Source: Candidatus Heimdallarchaeota archaeon B3_Heim
Lineage (GTDB): Archaea; Asgardarchaeota; Heimdallarchaeia; Hodarchaeales; Hodarchaeaceae
NCBI GenBank assembly: GCA_003144275.1
Contig: NJBF01000011.1
Location: 61,042 to 93,041 of the forward strand
DNA: 32,000 nt
Direction of reading: 5' to 3'
Shown here: positions 7,596-18,221 of the stretch, piece after piece
Layout of the letters: each line of letters begins with the position of its first letter
Position numbering within the stretch: position 1 is the first letter of the stretch
Translations under genes and position numbers: made by a program
Notes under the pieces: generated by a model
What the model was told of the DNA's origin: nothing
What the model saw: only the letters and a program-made list of their open reading frames with translations
The model's database searches: none

Positions 7596-8843
7596 TTAGC
7601 TATTACTTAGGTATTCCCTGATTGCAATAGCTCCCGCAGCCCCTTCACCAGCTGCTGCCACAGCTTGTTTCACTGATCCGAAGCGACAATCCCCCGCTGC
7701 AAAAATCCCTTGGACTGAGGATTGCTGTTGAGACGTGGTGATAAAACCTTGGGAATCAAGATCAACTCCCTTTAGGAACTTTGTATTGGGTGATAATCCT
7801 ACGAAAACAAAAATTCCATCTGGATGATAATCTTTTACTTCTCCAGTTTCCGTATGCTTAACTCTAACAGCCTCAAGACTGTCCTCACCTAGTAGTTCAA
7901 CAACTTCAGAATTTGCCCAGACTTCTATGCCTGATCGATCTCTTACTTTTTCCTGTAAAACAGGAGAAGCACGGGGTTCATTCCCACGGACGAGAATTGT
8001 CACATGATCAGCAAATTTCTCTTTCAGAAAAAGAGATTCTTCAAAAGCACTATTACCACCACCGATTACAAAAATCTTCTTATTTTTGTAGAAGAATCCG
8101 TCACAGGTGGCACAGTAATGTATACTTACTCCCAAAAGTGCGTCAGAACCCGGAACCACAAGCTGACGATAATTAGAACCAGTAGCGACAAGAACAGCTG
8201 AGCATGTAAACTCCTGAGACTCAGTTTTTGCGACTTTATATTGACATTCATCAAAGGAAGCATTAGGATGACAGGTACCCACGTTCAAGACTTTTTGAGG
8301 GGAGAGAATCTCAACCCCAAACCGTTCGGCCTGTTTTTTAACATTCTCTGCAAATTCTGCGCCAGTAATTCCTTCTGGAAATCCTGGAAAATTATCCAAT
8401 CGATTTGTTATGAAGGCCTGTCCTCCAACCGTTGATTGTTCTATTACTAGTACATCATACCCATCTCGAGCAAGATAAATCGCTGCGGTAAGGCCAGCTG
8501 GTCCTGCTCCTATGATAACCGTATTATAGAATGATTTTTTTGCTCTTTGTGCTAACCCTAAGAAATCAGCTAGTTCAAAATTACTGGGTTCTACGAATAA
8601 TTTTCGTTCTCCATCCTTTATTACTTCAACAGCGGGTATTTTTCGTTTTTTAGTCCCAAAAATTGTTTCATTCGTGTCATACACGAATTGTAAAGCTTTT
8701 TTCCCTTCAGCGTCTGGTTTTTCAATGTCAAACCAGCCATAGTGAATTCGCTGTTCACCTAAATATTTCTTTGTACGTCTACAATCACTACACCAGTTAG
8801 CTCCGTAAACATTAACTATTATTTGTTCTTCTGACATATTCAA
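7596..8843 (-). CDS. trxB: Glutaredoxin/NrdH-like domain fused to thioredoxin reductase
   Basis: N-terminal YGANWCSDC redoxin domain, then GAGPAGL, NFPGFPEGITG, active-site HYCATCDG, GGGNSAFEE, GIFAAGD. Confidence 0.92.
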   Translation of the reverse strand: MNMSEEQIIVNVYGANWCSDCRRTKKYLGEQRIHYGWFDIEKPDAEGKKALQFVYDTNETIFGTKKRKIPAVEVIKDGERKLFVEPSNFELADFLGLAQRAKKSFYNTVIIGAGPAGLTAAIYLARDGYDVLVIEQSTVGGQAFITNRLDNFPGFPEGITGAEFAENVKKQAERFGVEILSPQKVLNVGTCHPNASFDECQYKVAKTESQEFTCSAVLVATGSNYRQLVVPGSDALLGVSIHYCATCDGFFYKNKKIFVIGGGNSAFEESLFLKEKFADHVTILVRGNEPRASPVLQEKVRDRSGIEVWANSEVVELLGEDSLEAVRVKHTETGEVKDYHPDGIFVFVGLSPNTKFLKGVDLDSQGFITTSQQQSSVQGIFAAGDCRFGSVKQAVAAAGEGAAGAIAIREYLSNS

Positions 8844-8855
8844 TCCCTTTCACAT

Positions 8856-10028
8856 CTAACTAAACACTTTATCGAACACAGGTATGTATTTTGATAGCAT
8901 AAAGCGTCCTATGATCATCCGTTGTACTTGGGAAGTTCCTTCGTAAATTTGGTACAGCTTCGCATCCCGAAATAACTTTTCGATCAAATAATTTGTTGTA
9001 TACCCATATCCTCCAAAGATCTGTAGCGCATCTGAAGCTGTTTTCATTCCCGAATCCGTGGCAAATGCCTTCGCACAGCTTGCTGTTACCGTATTGTCCC
9101 AACCTTTATCCGCTTCCCAAGCTGCTTTCCATGTAAGTAACCGCGCGGCCTCATAATGCATTTTCATTTCAGCAATCATGAATTGAATTGCTTGAAGGTT
9201 CGCAATCTCAGTTTCAAAAGCCTTACGTTTCTTAGCATATGCGATTGCATATTCCATTGCTCCTCGTGCCATTCCACATGCAAATGCTCCAATGGTCGGT
9301 CGTGTATGCGCAAATGTTTGCATTGCTAATGGAAATGCCTGTCCAGGTTCACCAAGGACATTTTCTAGGGGTATCCTTACATCCTCCATCCGTAACATTA
9401 CCGTATTGGAAGCTTTATGACCCATTTTTGGAATCGGTTTTCCGATGGATAGACCAGCAGTCTCTGTAGGTACCACGACCGCGGTGACGCCTTTATGACG
9501 CTTAGTGCCCTCCAGACGGCAAAATAAACTAATAATTTTACTTACTCCCCCGTTCGTTATCCACATCTTCCGGCCATTTATCACGAGTTCATCACCCTCA
9601 ACTCGTGCTGTTGTTGACATTCCCGCTACATCACTCCCCATTCCTGGTTCACTTGTGGCAAAAGAAGCAAACTGTAATTCTTCTGTAAATGGTCTTAAAA
9701 ATCTCTCTTTCTGTTCTTCATTTCCCCCTAGGATAATTGGTTCTTGTCCAAGACTATTACAGAAAAGTGAAGTGGTTATTCCTGGATCTGCAGCGGCTAT
9801 TTCTTCCACTAACAAACATGAATCTAATATCCCTAATCCCAATCCTCCATTTTCTTTTGGTATTGTGATATTAAGCAATCCAGCTTCGAAAGCTTTGTTA
9901 TAGACATCATAAGGAAATTCCCCAGACAGGTCATATTTTCGGGAGACAGGAATTATCTCATTTATTGCAAAGTTACGCGCCTTCTTTTGTAGACTAATTT
10001 GCTCTTCAGATAAACTAAAATCAATCAT
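8856..10028 (-). CDS. Acyl-CoA dehydrogenase
   Basis: FATSEPGMGSDV, INGRKMWITNG, QIFGGYGY, RDAKLYQIYEGTSQVQR. Confidence 0.96.
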   Translation of the reverse strand: MIDFSLSEEQISLQKKARNFAINEIIPVSRKYDLSGEFPYDVYNKAFEAGLLNITIPKENGGLGLGILDSCLLVEEIAAADPGITTSLFCNSLGQEPIILGGNEEQKERFLRPFTEELQFASFATSEPGMGSDVAGMSTTARVEGDELVINGRKMWITNGGVSKIISLFCRLEGTKRHKGVTAVVVPTETAGLSIGKPIPKMGHKASNTVMLRMEDVRIPLENVLGEPGQAFPLAMQTFAHTRPTIGAFACGMARGAMEYAIAYAKKRKAFETEIANLQAIQFMIAEMKMHYEAARLLTWKAAWEADKGWDNTVTASCAKAFATDSGMKTASDALQIFGGYGYTTNYLIEKLFRDAKLYQIYEGTSQVQRMIIGRFMLSKYIPVFDKVFS

Positions 10029-10220
10029 GGATAAGACACCTTTAATGTTGTTTTTGTCATAGAATACCTACCCTAATTATCTTCAAAAATATTCGCCCAA
10101 TGATTGCGTAACTCGGTTATGTTTATTCGTAATTATGAGGTTTCAAGTCATAACCTAGATTTTATCTAATTGTGAAGTTAGAACCTGAAAAATTACGCTG
10201 ATTCCAGTTCTTTTCCTATT

Positions 10221-12035
10221 CTATTGTTCACTCTCATCGTATTCTATGGGGTCTAGCTCATGAGTCGTTGTAGATGATAATTGTTCTTTTCTCAATTGAA
10301 GCTTAAAGGGGAGAAGAGTAAAACAGAGAATGACAATTAAAAATACTACAAACATGAACAAAGGAGCCATAAAATTCCAGTCAAACACAAAGAATACTGA
10401 ACGGGCGAAATTAAGCTCTCCTCCAGTAGTAATATTGTAGCCCCGTGCTAATATTCCAAGGAACGACCCATATTCCATTAAGCCGACACTAACTAGAAAG
10501 CTTAACCCAAAAGATAGTCTGAATCTTCTTAGATAATTTTTTGATTTGTCCTGTCTATATTCCAATCCTAGAAGCATACCAAGGGGAATATTAATGAAAA
10601 CGAGTAGTAATAACATACTCAGAGGTAACCAAAGTGATTGGTCTTCAAATATTGTGGCTGTTAATAAAATTGCATTTCCTATGTATAGAAAAAACCCAGT
10701 AACTATCGAGATAGGGAGGAGATTAGAAAGGTGATTATGTCCTCTAGGAAGCATTTTTATGACGACTACACCTAGTATCGCAGCTAATCCACTTATTCCA
10801 CCAACTATACAGATCAAGCGGACAGACGCAAGTATCCGACTGAGAATATCCTGACCTGCCCAATTGGTTCCAAAGATATGAGCACCTCCTGGCTCTGCAT
10901 ATGCAGGAAAACCATTTGAAAAATCATCATTTATCGGATCAAAAGGAGTAAGAAATGAGATTAGTATAATTACTCCAAGAAAACCCAAAAAACCAATGGT
11001 TAGAATTCTTTCACTTGGGTAACGTTTGAAATCTGTTCTAATTTGATTTGCAATCTCATTAAGTGTATTAGGTGATGTTTCTACATTATTTCCTTTATTT
11101 AATGGAAGAGGAATGAGGCTGATAATGATAAATCCAACAAGAATCATAAAACCATAGTTATATATGGAAGCGAATACAACGGGGATATTCATCAGCAATA
11201 AACTTGAGTAGAAGTACCGTCCTAGGCCTGGCCAACTGTAAATCGTTTCAAAAATAAAATCTCCGAGGAAAATTGATAGATAAGTCGCTTTTAGGGTGGT
11301 TCGAATACTCAACTTGGAAGCAATGGTTATTAATCCGATAATGATTGAAAAAAAGCTCATACTTAGTACAGGTAGAAAATTACGAGCAGCTGGTGAAGCT
11401 TCACTTCTCCATCCTGGAAGAATACGTACTCCTTCCCAGATTAATCCTGGATCAACTACTGATAGTAAGACAAGAGGTATTGAAATAAGTAAAATAGGGC
11501 TCAGTAAACCAGCTATCCTTAGTATTCCATCTAACCTTCTGGATTTATAAATGTTTAAATCTTCTAATACTCTGATTACAATAAATGGAGAAAGGATGAT
11601 TATTGTAAGAGTTAAGGCTCCACTTAAAATTACTTCTGTGGCACCTGAGAGTGATGAAAGCTCTTCTGCAATGGCTCCGCTAGTCATCCAGTTCGTACCA
11701 AAATCTGCACTTAAATATTTGGTTAAGAGATAAGGAAATGAGAAGGGGAATCTTGGAAGATTTAAACTTTCACGAAGGGTATTGTACTGATCTAATAGTG
11801 GAATCAACTCTACAGAAGATAACTTTGGTCTAATTGTTCGAGGATCAACTTCTCCACCAAATATTAGTACTAACAAGTCTCCAACCAAAAGGTTATAGAT
11901 GAAAAAAAGTACTGTAAATGCAATTAGGAATCCAAGAATTGATGTTAATATAGAATAACCAGCATTAATCGCATAAGGCTTTGAATAAATCCTAAATTTC
12001 TCATATAGCTCATTTTGTGTAGTTTTTTCTTCCAT
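10221..12035 (-). CDS. Fused DppB/OppB-DppC/OppC-like ABC permease, divergent
   Basis: DppB-like segments (SADFGTNW; FETIYSWPGLGRYF) followed by DppC-like segments (HIFGTNWAGQDILSRIL; EYGSFLG); many TM helices; GAGGGG RBS before ATG 12035. Confidence 0.75.
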   Translation of the reverse strand: MEEKTTQNELYEKFRIYSKPYAINAGYSILTSILGFLIAFTVLFFIYNLLVGDLLVLIFGGEVDPRTIRPKLSSVELIPLLDQYNTLRESLNLPRFPFSFPYLLTKYLSADFGTNWMTSGAIAEELSSLSGATEVILSGALTLTIIILSPFIVIRVLEDLNIYKSRRLDGILRIAGLLSPILLISIPLVLLSVVDPGLIWEGVRILPGWRSEASPAARNFLPVLSMSFFSIIIGLITIASKLSIRTTLKATYLSIFLGDFIFETIYSWPGLGRYFYSSLLLMNIPVVFASIYNYGFMILVGFIIISLIPLPLNKGNNVETSPNTLNEIANQIRTDFKRYPSERILTIGFLGFLGVIILISFLTPFDPINDDFSNGFPAYAEPGGAHIFGTNWAGQDILSRILASVRLICIVGGISGLAAILGVVVIKMLPRGHNHLSNLLPISIVTGFFLYIGNAILLTATIFEDQSLWLPLSMLLLLVFINIPLGMLLGLEYRQDKSKNYLRRFRLSFGLSFLVSVGLMEYGSFLGILARGYNITTGGELNFARSVFFVFDWNFMAPLFMFVVFLIVILCFTLLPFKLQLRKEQLSSTTTHELDPIEYDESEQ

Positions 12036-12342
12036 TACGTACCCCTCAAATATAAAGGATAATTCAGAATTAATTTCACCTCTTGAGTCGACTAGAGGCT
12101 TAAAAGTTTTATCTTCCCAGAAGACTGCATTTTTTCATTGACGAGATTCTTCCTCTATTAGTTCAAAGGAAAATTTTTTACACCATTTCTCAATGGCATT
12201 AATCGATCTATTGTACAATAATACGATTCCTACCTTCCCCTCTCAAGTGTATGCGTTGAACAGCAGAAATTATTTAATTTGGAACTATTTGGGAATAAAC
12301 TGACCTGTTCTCGTAAACAAACATTTCTAAGGGTGTTTTTTC

Positions 12343-12984
12343 ATGAATTCTCTTTCACGTGGTATTCTAATCGCATTTGAAGGTATCGATGGCTCGGGAA
12401 AAACAACCCAAATACACAAAGTTGCGGAGTGTCTACGAGAACTTAATTATCCAGTAACCGTTACTCATGAACCTAATCCCAATAGTCCGTATTCACAGTT
12501 AATTCAGCAAAAGGTGAAGAAGCAACGAGACCAAGTCTCTCCTGAACAAGAGTTGGAATGGTATACAGAAGACAGACGATGGGATTTAGAGAACAATATT
12601 CTTCCTGCGCTTGAGCGAAATGAACTGGTGTTAGTTGATCGGTATTATATGTCTAGTGCCGCATATCAAGGTGCTTTGAAAGTTTTTTCATTAGATTATG
12701 TTTTAGAGAAGAATTCCTTTGCAAAACGACCAGATCTATGGATTATCCTGGATGTATCTGTCAAACTTGGTCAATCTCGATTGGGAATGCGCGATAAACG
12801 AAACGATGATCAACTTGAAAAAACAGAGTATCAGAAATTGGTCTTAGTCAATTATCAACGACTTTCTGAAATGGATCTCGGTGGCCAAGTCGTATGGATC
12901 GATGCCAGTATTGAGGAAGCTCAATTAACCCAAGTAATTGGACAGACAATCATTGATTTTCTGAAGGCATACGTTATCCACTAA
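12343..12984 (+). CDS. tmk: Thymidylate kinase
   Basis: FEGIDGSGKTTQ P-loop, THEPN, DRYYMSSAAYQG, PDLWIILDV. Confidence 0.95.
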   Translation: MNSLSRGILIAFEGIDGSGKTTQIHKVAECLRELNYPVTVTHEPNPNSPYSQLIQQKVKKQRDQVSPEQELEWYTEDRRWDLENNILPALERNELVLVDRYYMSSAAYQGALKVFSLDYVLEKNSFAKRPDLWIILDVSVKLGQSRLGMRDKRNDDQLEKTEYQKLVLVNYQRLSEMDLGGQVVWIDASIEEAQLTQVIGQTIIDFLKAYVIH

Positions 12985-13458
12985 TTATTTTTTTAAAAGG
13001 GCTCGGGCTGCTGTGATATAGACATCTAAATTTTGCAAAGTCTCCTGTTGAAAATTACGAATTGTTTCAGCAGTTTTTGTGTTATCATAGATAGCGCTGG
13101 CTTGTTGTAGGATTTTGATGTCTTTGATGAGTTTAGTAATATCTTTCTTTAATTTCTCATCTTTCTCGAATGTCATCCCTCTTACTCTGACTAATAAGGC
13201 CAAAGCATCAGTAAATTGTAGATCGTAAACTAAAATTAGCGCCCGAATGAATAGGCTTTGTGAAATGACCAACTGGGCATTATAATCAGCATTTCTGTCA
13301 ATACGATTTAGGAACTGTATTGCAGTCTGAACTTGTCCTTCTTCTATGTATGCTTTCGCCAACATAAAGTTCCTAAAGTCACGTAGCTCCATAAAATTTT
13401 GGAGCGCGTTTTCTATACGTTGTAATGAAAGCCTTATTTCACCGTCAAGTAAAGCCAT
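12985..13458 (-). CDS. Hypothetical all-helical (TPR-like) protein
   Basis: Repeating amphipathic helices (AKAYIEEGQVQTAIQFL; ALILVYDLQFTDALALL); no enzyme motif. Confidence 0.6.
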   Translation of the reverse strand: MALLDGEIRLSLQRIENALQNFMELRDFRNFMLAKAYIEEGQVQTAIQFLNRIDRNADYNAQLVISQSLFIRALILVYDLQFTDALALLVRVRGMTFEKDEKLKKDITKLIKDIKILQQASAIYDNTKTAETIRNFQQETLQNLDVYITAARALLKK

Positions 13459-13616
13459 ATTTTAGGTCATTCCAATAGGAATCTGCACTATTCGTGCAAA
13501 TCTCATGTTTCTCAGAGAATGTTTCTGCATAAAAAGATTTGTATAATTCCTGTTTAAAAATTTTGGTAAAAATCGTTGAGTAACTCCCTCTGGATATTAT
13601 TTACGAAATAGACTGT

Positions 13617-13907
13617 TCACCTTGTTCGCTTGATGATGTGATAACCAAACTTTGTTTTAACAGGGATTTGTGTCATCTGATTTTTCTGTAATGCAAACGT
13701 TGCCTTTTCAAATTCTTTTACCATCTGGCCTCGGCCAAATTCTCCCAAATTTCCACCTTTTTTCTTTGATGGACATGTGCTGTGTTTACGGGCCATTTCC
13801 TCAAATTTTGCTCCACTATTAATCTCTTCAATGATTTCTTCAGCCAACGTTTTTTTATCCACTAGTATGTGACGTGCTGTTACTTTGTTAACCATATTTT
13901 TCACCAT
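13617..13907 (-). CDS. ppiC: Parvulin-type peptidyl-prolyl cis-trans isomerase
   Basis: ARHILV, FEEMARKHSTCPSKKKGGNLGEF, FGYHII; ATG directly follows the stop of the upstream gene. Confidence 0.95.
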   Translation of the reverse strand: MVKNMVNKVTARHILVDKKTLAEEIIEEINSGAKFEEMARKHSTCPSKKKGGNLGEFGRGQMVKEFEKATFALQKNQMTQIPVKTKFGYHIIKRTR

Positions 13908-15166
13908 TCATCGTTCGGGCAATTCTGGTAAGGGGCCAAAATCTTTAATCATTTTCAAAATTTCGGTATCGGTGAGGACTTTGTTTTGACTTTTTGCATG
14001 GTCAAGAATGATTCTCACCAGATCGAGATTAAACGAGAATTGATGGTACACCAACCACCAAATCAAATTGCTCCTTCCACTATTAGGCCCGATTTCTATT
14101 CTCTGTTCTCTACCTATCCATTCAGCAGGTACTGAGGAATACACTCGATCCTCTAACCATGTATCGCCAAGTCTCTTCGCCTTGACCAATGCTGATGCGT
14201 GAATGCCAGTCTGGGTTCGGAAAGCGTCTTTTCCAATTACTGGTAAAGAGGGGGGAATTGGGACATTCGTTACTTCCGACACTGTTTTCGAATATTTGGG
14301 TAGTGCATATAATTTATTATCAATCAAGCCAAGCATTTTGCAATTAGTCAGTAATAGCTCCATTGACAGGTTACCCGAACGTTCACCAAGACCCAAGGCA
14401 GTTGCATGAATTCTTGATGTACCAGTTTCGATTGCTGTAAGTGTATTCGCCAAGGCCATCCCTCTGTCACAATGTCCATGCCAATCTATACCTACAGTTT
14501 CCCCTAGGTCGTGAATGACTGTCTTCGCGAACTCCACAATCTTTTTTGTCCCTTGGGGAGTTGCATGTCCCACTGTATCGCAAAGAGCAATTCGATTTGC
14601 CCCTGCCTCCACTGCCACTGTTATGAGCTTCTGTAAAACCTCAGGTGCAGATCGAGTGGTATCTTCAGTCACGAATGTAATTTTCTCAATAGACTGATTG
14701 ACTGCACGAGTAATTGTCTTGGTGACATCATTAATTATTTTCTCAAGCTTCCAGCCTTCAACTAGTACTCTGATAGGACTAGAGGCAATAAATGTACATA
14801 CTTCAATAGGTGTTTCAGTTTTACCAATAATATCAACTAGAATATCAATATCTTCTGGAATCATCCGTGAAGGGGAATTAGCTTCGATAGAGAGTTTTTC
14901 TAGAGTAATTATTTTGCCAGACCCACAACATCTTCATGAAAATTTGTTGAAGCAAAAGCCATGCCTAGATTCACACTATTTATACCAAGTTGTTCCATTA
15001 AACGAATAATCTGCGCTTTTTCCTCTAGAGACGGATGTCTAACACTTGCAGATTGTAAACCATCTCGTAGGGTTTCATCTAGAAATTGTAAATCAGTTGG
15101 CCCCTTTGGAGTTGACGAGGGATCAACATTCCAATCATAAATTAATTGTGATAAATCTCGATACAT
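13908..15166 (-). pseudogene. DRE-TIM metallolyase (LeuA/homocitrate synthase-like, no regulatory domain) split by a single-base frameshift
   Basis: N-part 14909-15166 has DETLRDGLQ. C-part has CDTVGHATP, WHGHCDRG, GLGERSGN and GIHASA. A -1 shift at GCA AAA TAA (14909-14917) gives a continuous ...GLAK-IITLEKLSIEANSPSR-MIPED... of about 419 aa. Confidence 0.8.
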
Positions 15167-15185
15167 ATTAATCCCTTTATGTGAG

Positions 15186-18100
15186 TTATTTACCTGATAA
15201 TGTTTTCCAGTTAGAGCCTTGCTCTGTGATCCATGTCTTATTCACAAACAGGTGCATTTTATACCAAATGGTTAAGCCAACAATTTCATCAACACATGCT
15301 AAATCGGGGTTTGTCGTAAGCCATTTATAGGCTTCAGGATACATTTCAGCATACGGTGGTACACCTGTTCCTTTCTCTGAATCCCACCAGTGTCCCGTAT
15401 GATTCACTATAACCCAAAAGTGTATATCGGGTAAATGGTTTGTGAAATAGTCATTCACATCAGAAGTTGAATTTGAAGAGAAAGGATAATTACCTGTTTC
15501 TTTGACTTCGTATTCTAGATAATATCGAAGGGCAAATTGAGTACCTCCCTCATTTATTGCCCATGTACTATAATTATAATCTCCACCATGGTTATTGATA
15601 TATATCGCCATCTCCTGGTATCGAAGATCGAATATTTGATTGTAATGGACATTAGTAGAGACATTTACTAACATCCCTGACATAGCGAGGGCAAGAATTA
15701 TTGTAAGTTGAGGTTTAATCTTTGGTTTCAACCAGTACAACCCAACAATCAACAATATCAGTCCAACGAAAGTAGCTAGGGGGGCTCCAAACTCCATTAC
15801 TTCTCCGATCCATGAAAAATCTAATTCGAATAGCATGTCTAGGAAATCATAGACTATATAGTCGTATAATCGATACAACCCACCCCCTCCCCTAAACCAT
15901 GCATCGATAAAGAATTTGTATGCAAACCCAGCAGTAATGATTCCAGGAAACGTTTTCAGTACATGAAAGCAAAGAAAAATGAATGGGATTAAATAAATGG
16001 CGCCGACAAAGAGGTTTCTGAACAAAGAATTTAGATTTCCATTACCCAAAAAAGCGGTGAGGGGAACGTAAACAAATGTAAATCCGATTTCTAAGAAAAA
16101 ATATCCTCCAGCTAGCCCTTTTTCAACATTATCAACAGCTAGTAATCGCATTTTCTCATATGAATAGATAAACTCAAAACCTTTGGCTGCAATAGCGAGA
16201 TAAGGGAGTACAAGGGGAATATAGTAATAATTCAACTGAAACATTGCGGGGAAGAAAACAAGAGGAATGACAAGTAACCAAGTGATCAGGGCAGAACCTA
16301 ATGCGGGATTACGACGTTCTGAAAAGAAAAATGCCCAGAGTCCAATTAGGAAGAATGGTAGCATGACAACCAACACGTAATCGTTTATTGCACCCCCTAA
16401 ACTATCAGCTAAATTATACTTGGTTCCAGACGTGTAACGCCACCCAATGTAATAATCAAAAAATAAAAAGGTATATGTAACGACATCAGGCTTATTAGGA
16501 TCACCAGCAAGCTCTCCTGGGGTCCGTACCACCCATGGAAAGTTCACAAGATTAGTATCGATATATTGTATCCAGGCAATAAAGGGATAGAAGCTGAGAA
16601 TAATGACAATGAGGGTGATTCCAATAAACAGGATATGGGATGAGAATATTGACTGCTCTGTTTGAGAGCGAATTCTAGCTTTAAGATTGTAAAATTTTAT
16701 GAGCTTATTCTTAAGATGTGGATAGTAGGACAGTAAGGGAATTAGTAATAAGGAGATAGCAACACCCATTAACGTTATTGATGAAGCATTTCGATCAAAA
16801 ACAAGTCCAAGCAGAAGTAATCCAACAAACCAAAACATCAACCAAATCCCCATAATAATTAGGGGAAAACTGTCTATTAACTCGTAAATAAAACGAATGA
16901 AGGCTCTATCGGAGGAAATAAAATCTAATAACAACCCAAATACAATTAATGCGAGAATGATTGTAACAATCGATCCTAATAATGCTCCGATGAGTTCTAA
17001 TAATGCTAGAATGAAGACCTCGTTATTGAGTGCTTCTAGATTTTCTAGTGTTTCTTCTGATAGAAAGAACAATATTCCTTTAATTATGGACATATCATTC
17101 GAACTTAAAGCCGTTGCAAATTGTTTGAAAGCATCCTCTAATCGATTATAAAAAAGAGATACGATGATATTCCCTGCAAATGCTGCCAATACGCTCGTAA
17201 GTCCAGTGAAAAATAACACAAGGTAGTTTCCTTCAACGAACTCATTTTTCCAAAACCGAAGAAACACAGCAAAACATGTAGAAGCGCTCACGATAGCTAT
17301 TATTAGACCAGCGACAAGAAGTTGATTGTAAATAACAGCAATAATAAATGAGATGACCGATGCAAGTAAGAATACAAAATACGGGAAAAGATTGGCATAG
17401 GTTTGTTCTGAGGAAGAAGAACGTTCCTCATTGTCGGAGAAAGAAAGAGAAAATGATTCACGAATCTCATATAGAGCAATTTTTAATTGAGAGAAATCAA
17501 CATGCCGCTCTAAATATCTGAAAACCAAATAGATGGCTATTGATGGTGCAATTAATACCCCTTGCCATGCTTTCGTCATGACATTTAGTACATTAAGTAT
17601 TCCTGTTAGTATGATCAATAAATAGCCTTTTTTCAGATTGTTATCAACAAATATCGCATCAATGGCACGAATTCCTGCTAAAAAAACTATAGATCCCATG
17701 AAAATAACAAAGGGGTCGATATATGCAGTTCGAGAATAGAAATTTAGAAATGAGGCTAGTGCAACCAGAAGCCCTGCTATAGCATGTGCGCTCTTAGTTT
17801 CTTTTTGATGACTGAACAAGAGGTATATCACTACCGCAAGACCAGCCCCACCTATAGCATTCATGCCATTTGCCCCAAAAGTGCTTTTTCCAAAGATATT
17901 CATGAGGAGCGCGCCAAAAATGAAAGCAAAAGGAGGTTTATCAAATAATTGAAGGGTTTCATTATTCCCCCTATAATATAAAGGTAAGAAAGGATCTGAT
18001 AACCCGTCGGCTATTCGTGAAGCAATGGAAACAAACCAACCTTCATCCCACATGTCAATAGACGAAGTATAAACTATCTTTAACCAAAAGGCTAAAAGAC

Positions 18101-18221
18101 CTACAATCAGTAATAAACGATATCGTACAAAGTAGTCCCATAGTCTTACCGCTATCTTTTCTAACATTTGATTCTTCGGTGATATTGGGGGTGGGTTTTG
18201 TTCCTCTTCTTGGGCAGTCAT
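15186..18221 (-). CDS. Large GT-C fold (GT39/ArnT/PMT-like) membrane glycosyltransferase
   Basis: DMWDEGWF acidic loop after TM1, FDKPPFAF, RTAYIDPF, MTKAWQG, NYYYIPLVLPYLAI; 1011 aa with many TM helices. Confidence 0.8.
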   Translation of the reverse strand: MTAQEEEQNPPPISPKNQMLEKIAVRLWDYFVRYRLLLIVGLLAFWLKIVYTSSIDMWDEGWFVSIASRIADGLSDPFLPLYYRGNNETLQLFDKPPFAFIFGALLMNIFGKSTFGANGMNAIGGAGLAVVIYLLFSHQKETKSAHAIAGLLVALASFLNFYSRTAYIDPFVIFMGSIVFLAGIRAIDAIFVDNNLKKGYLLIILTGILNVLNVMTKAWQGVLIAPSIAIYLVFRYLERHVDFSQLKIALYEIRESFSLSFSDNEERSSSSEQTYANLFPYFVFLLASVISFIIAVIYNQLLVAGLIIAIVSASTCFAVFLRFWKNEFVEGNYLVLFFTGLTSVLAAFAGNIIVSLFYNRLEDAFKQFATALSSNDMSIIKGILFFLSEETLENLEALNNEVFILALLELIGALLGSIVTIILALIVFGLLLDFISSDRAFIRFIYELIDSFPLIIMGIWLMFWFVGLLLLGLVFDRNASSITLMGVAISLLLIPLLSYYPHLKNKLIKFYNLKARIRSQTEQSIFSSHILFIGITLIVIILSFYPFIAWIQYIDTNLVNFPWVVRTPGELAGDPNKPDVVTYTFLFFDYYIGWRYTSGTKYNLADSLGGAINDYVLVVMLPFFLIGLWAFFFSERRNPALGSALITWLLVIPLVFFPAMFQLNYYYIPLVLPYLAIAAKGFEFIYSYEKMRLLAVDNVEKGLAGGYFFLEIGFTFVYVPLTAFLGNGNLNSLFRNLFVGAIYLIPFIFLCFHVLKTFPGIITAGFAYKFFIDAWFRGGGGLYRLYDYIVYDFLDMLFELDFSWIGEVMEFGAPLATFVGLILLIVGLYWLKPKIKPQLTIILALAMSGMLVNVSTNVHYNQIFDLRYQEMAIYINNHGGDYNYSTWAINEGGTQFALRYYLEYEVKETGNYPFSSNSTSDVNDYFTNHLPDIHFWVIVNHTGHWWDSEKGTGVPPYAEMYPEAYKWLTTNPDLACVDEIVGLTIWYKMHLFVNKTWITEQGSNWKTLSGK

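Noticed and set aside
12036-12242. In-frame, protein-like reading upstream of the permease with one TGA at 12135-12137 (readthrough, Sec or lost N-terminus)
   Set aside because: ATG 12035 has its own GAGGGG RBS. Two open stretches of about 33 codons are not rare by chance, and I see no SECIS-like element or redox context.
13445-13600. About 50-codon open frame upstream of the 157-aa helical ORF (possible frameshifted N-terminus)
   Set aside because: No start codon and no recognisable homology; cannot be supported without a database search.
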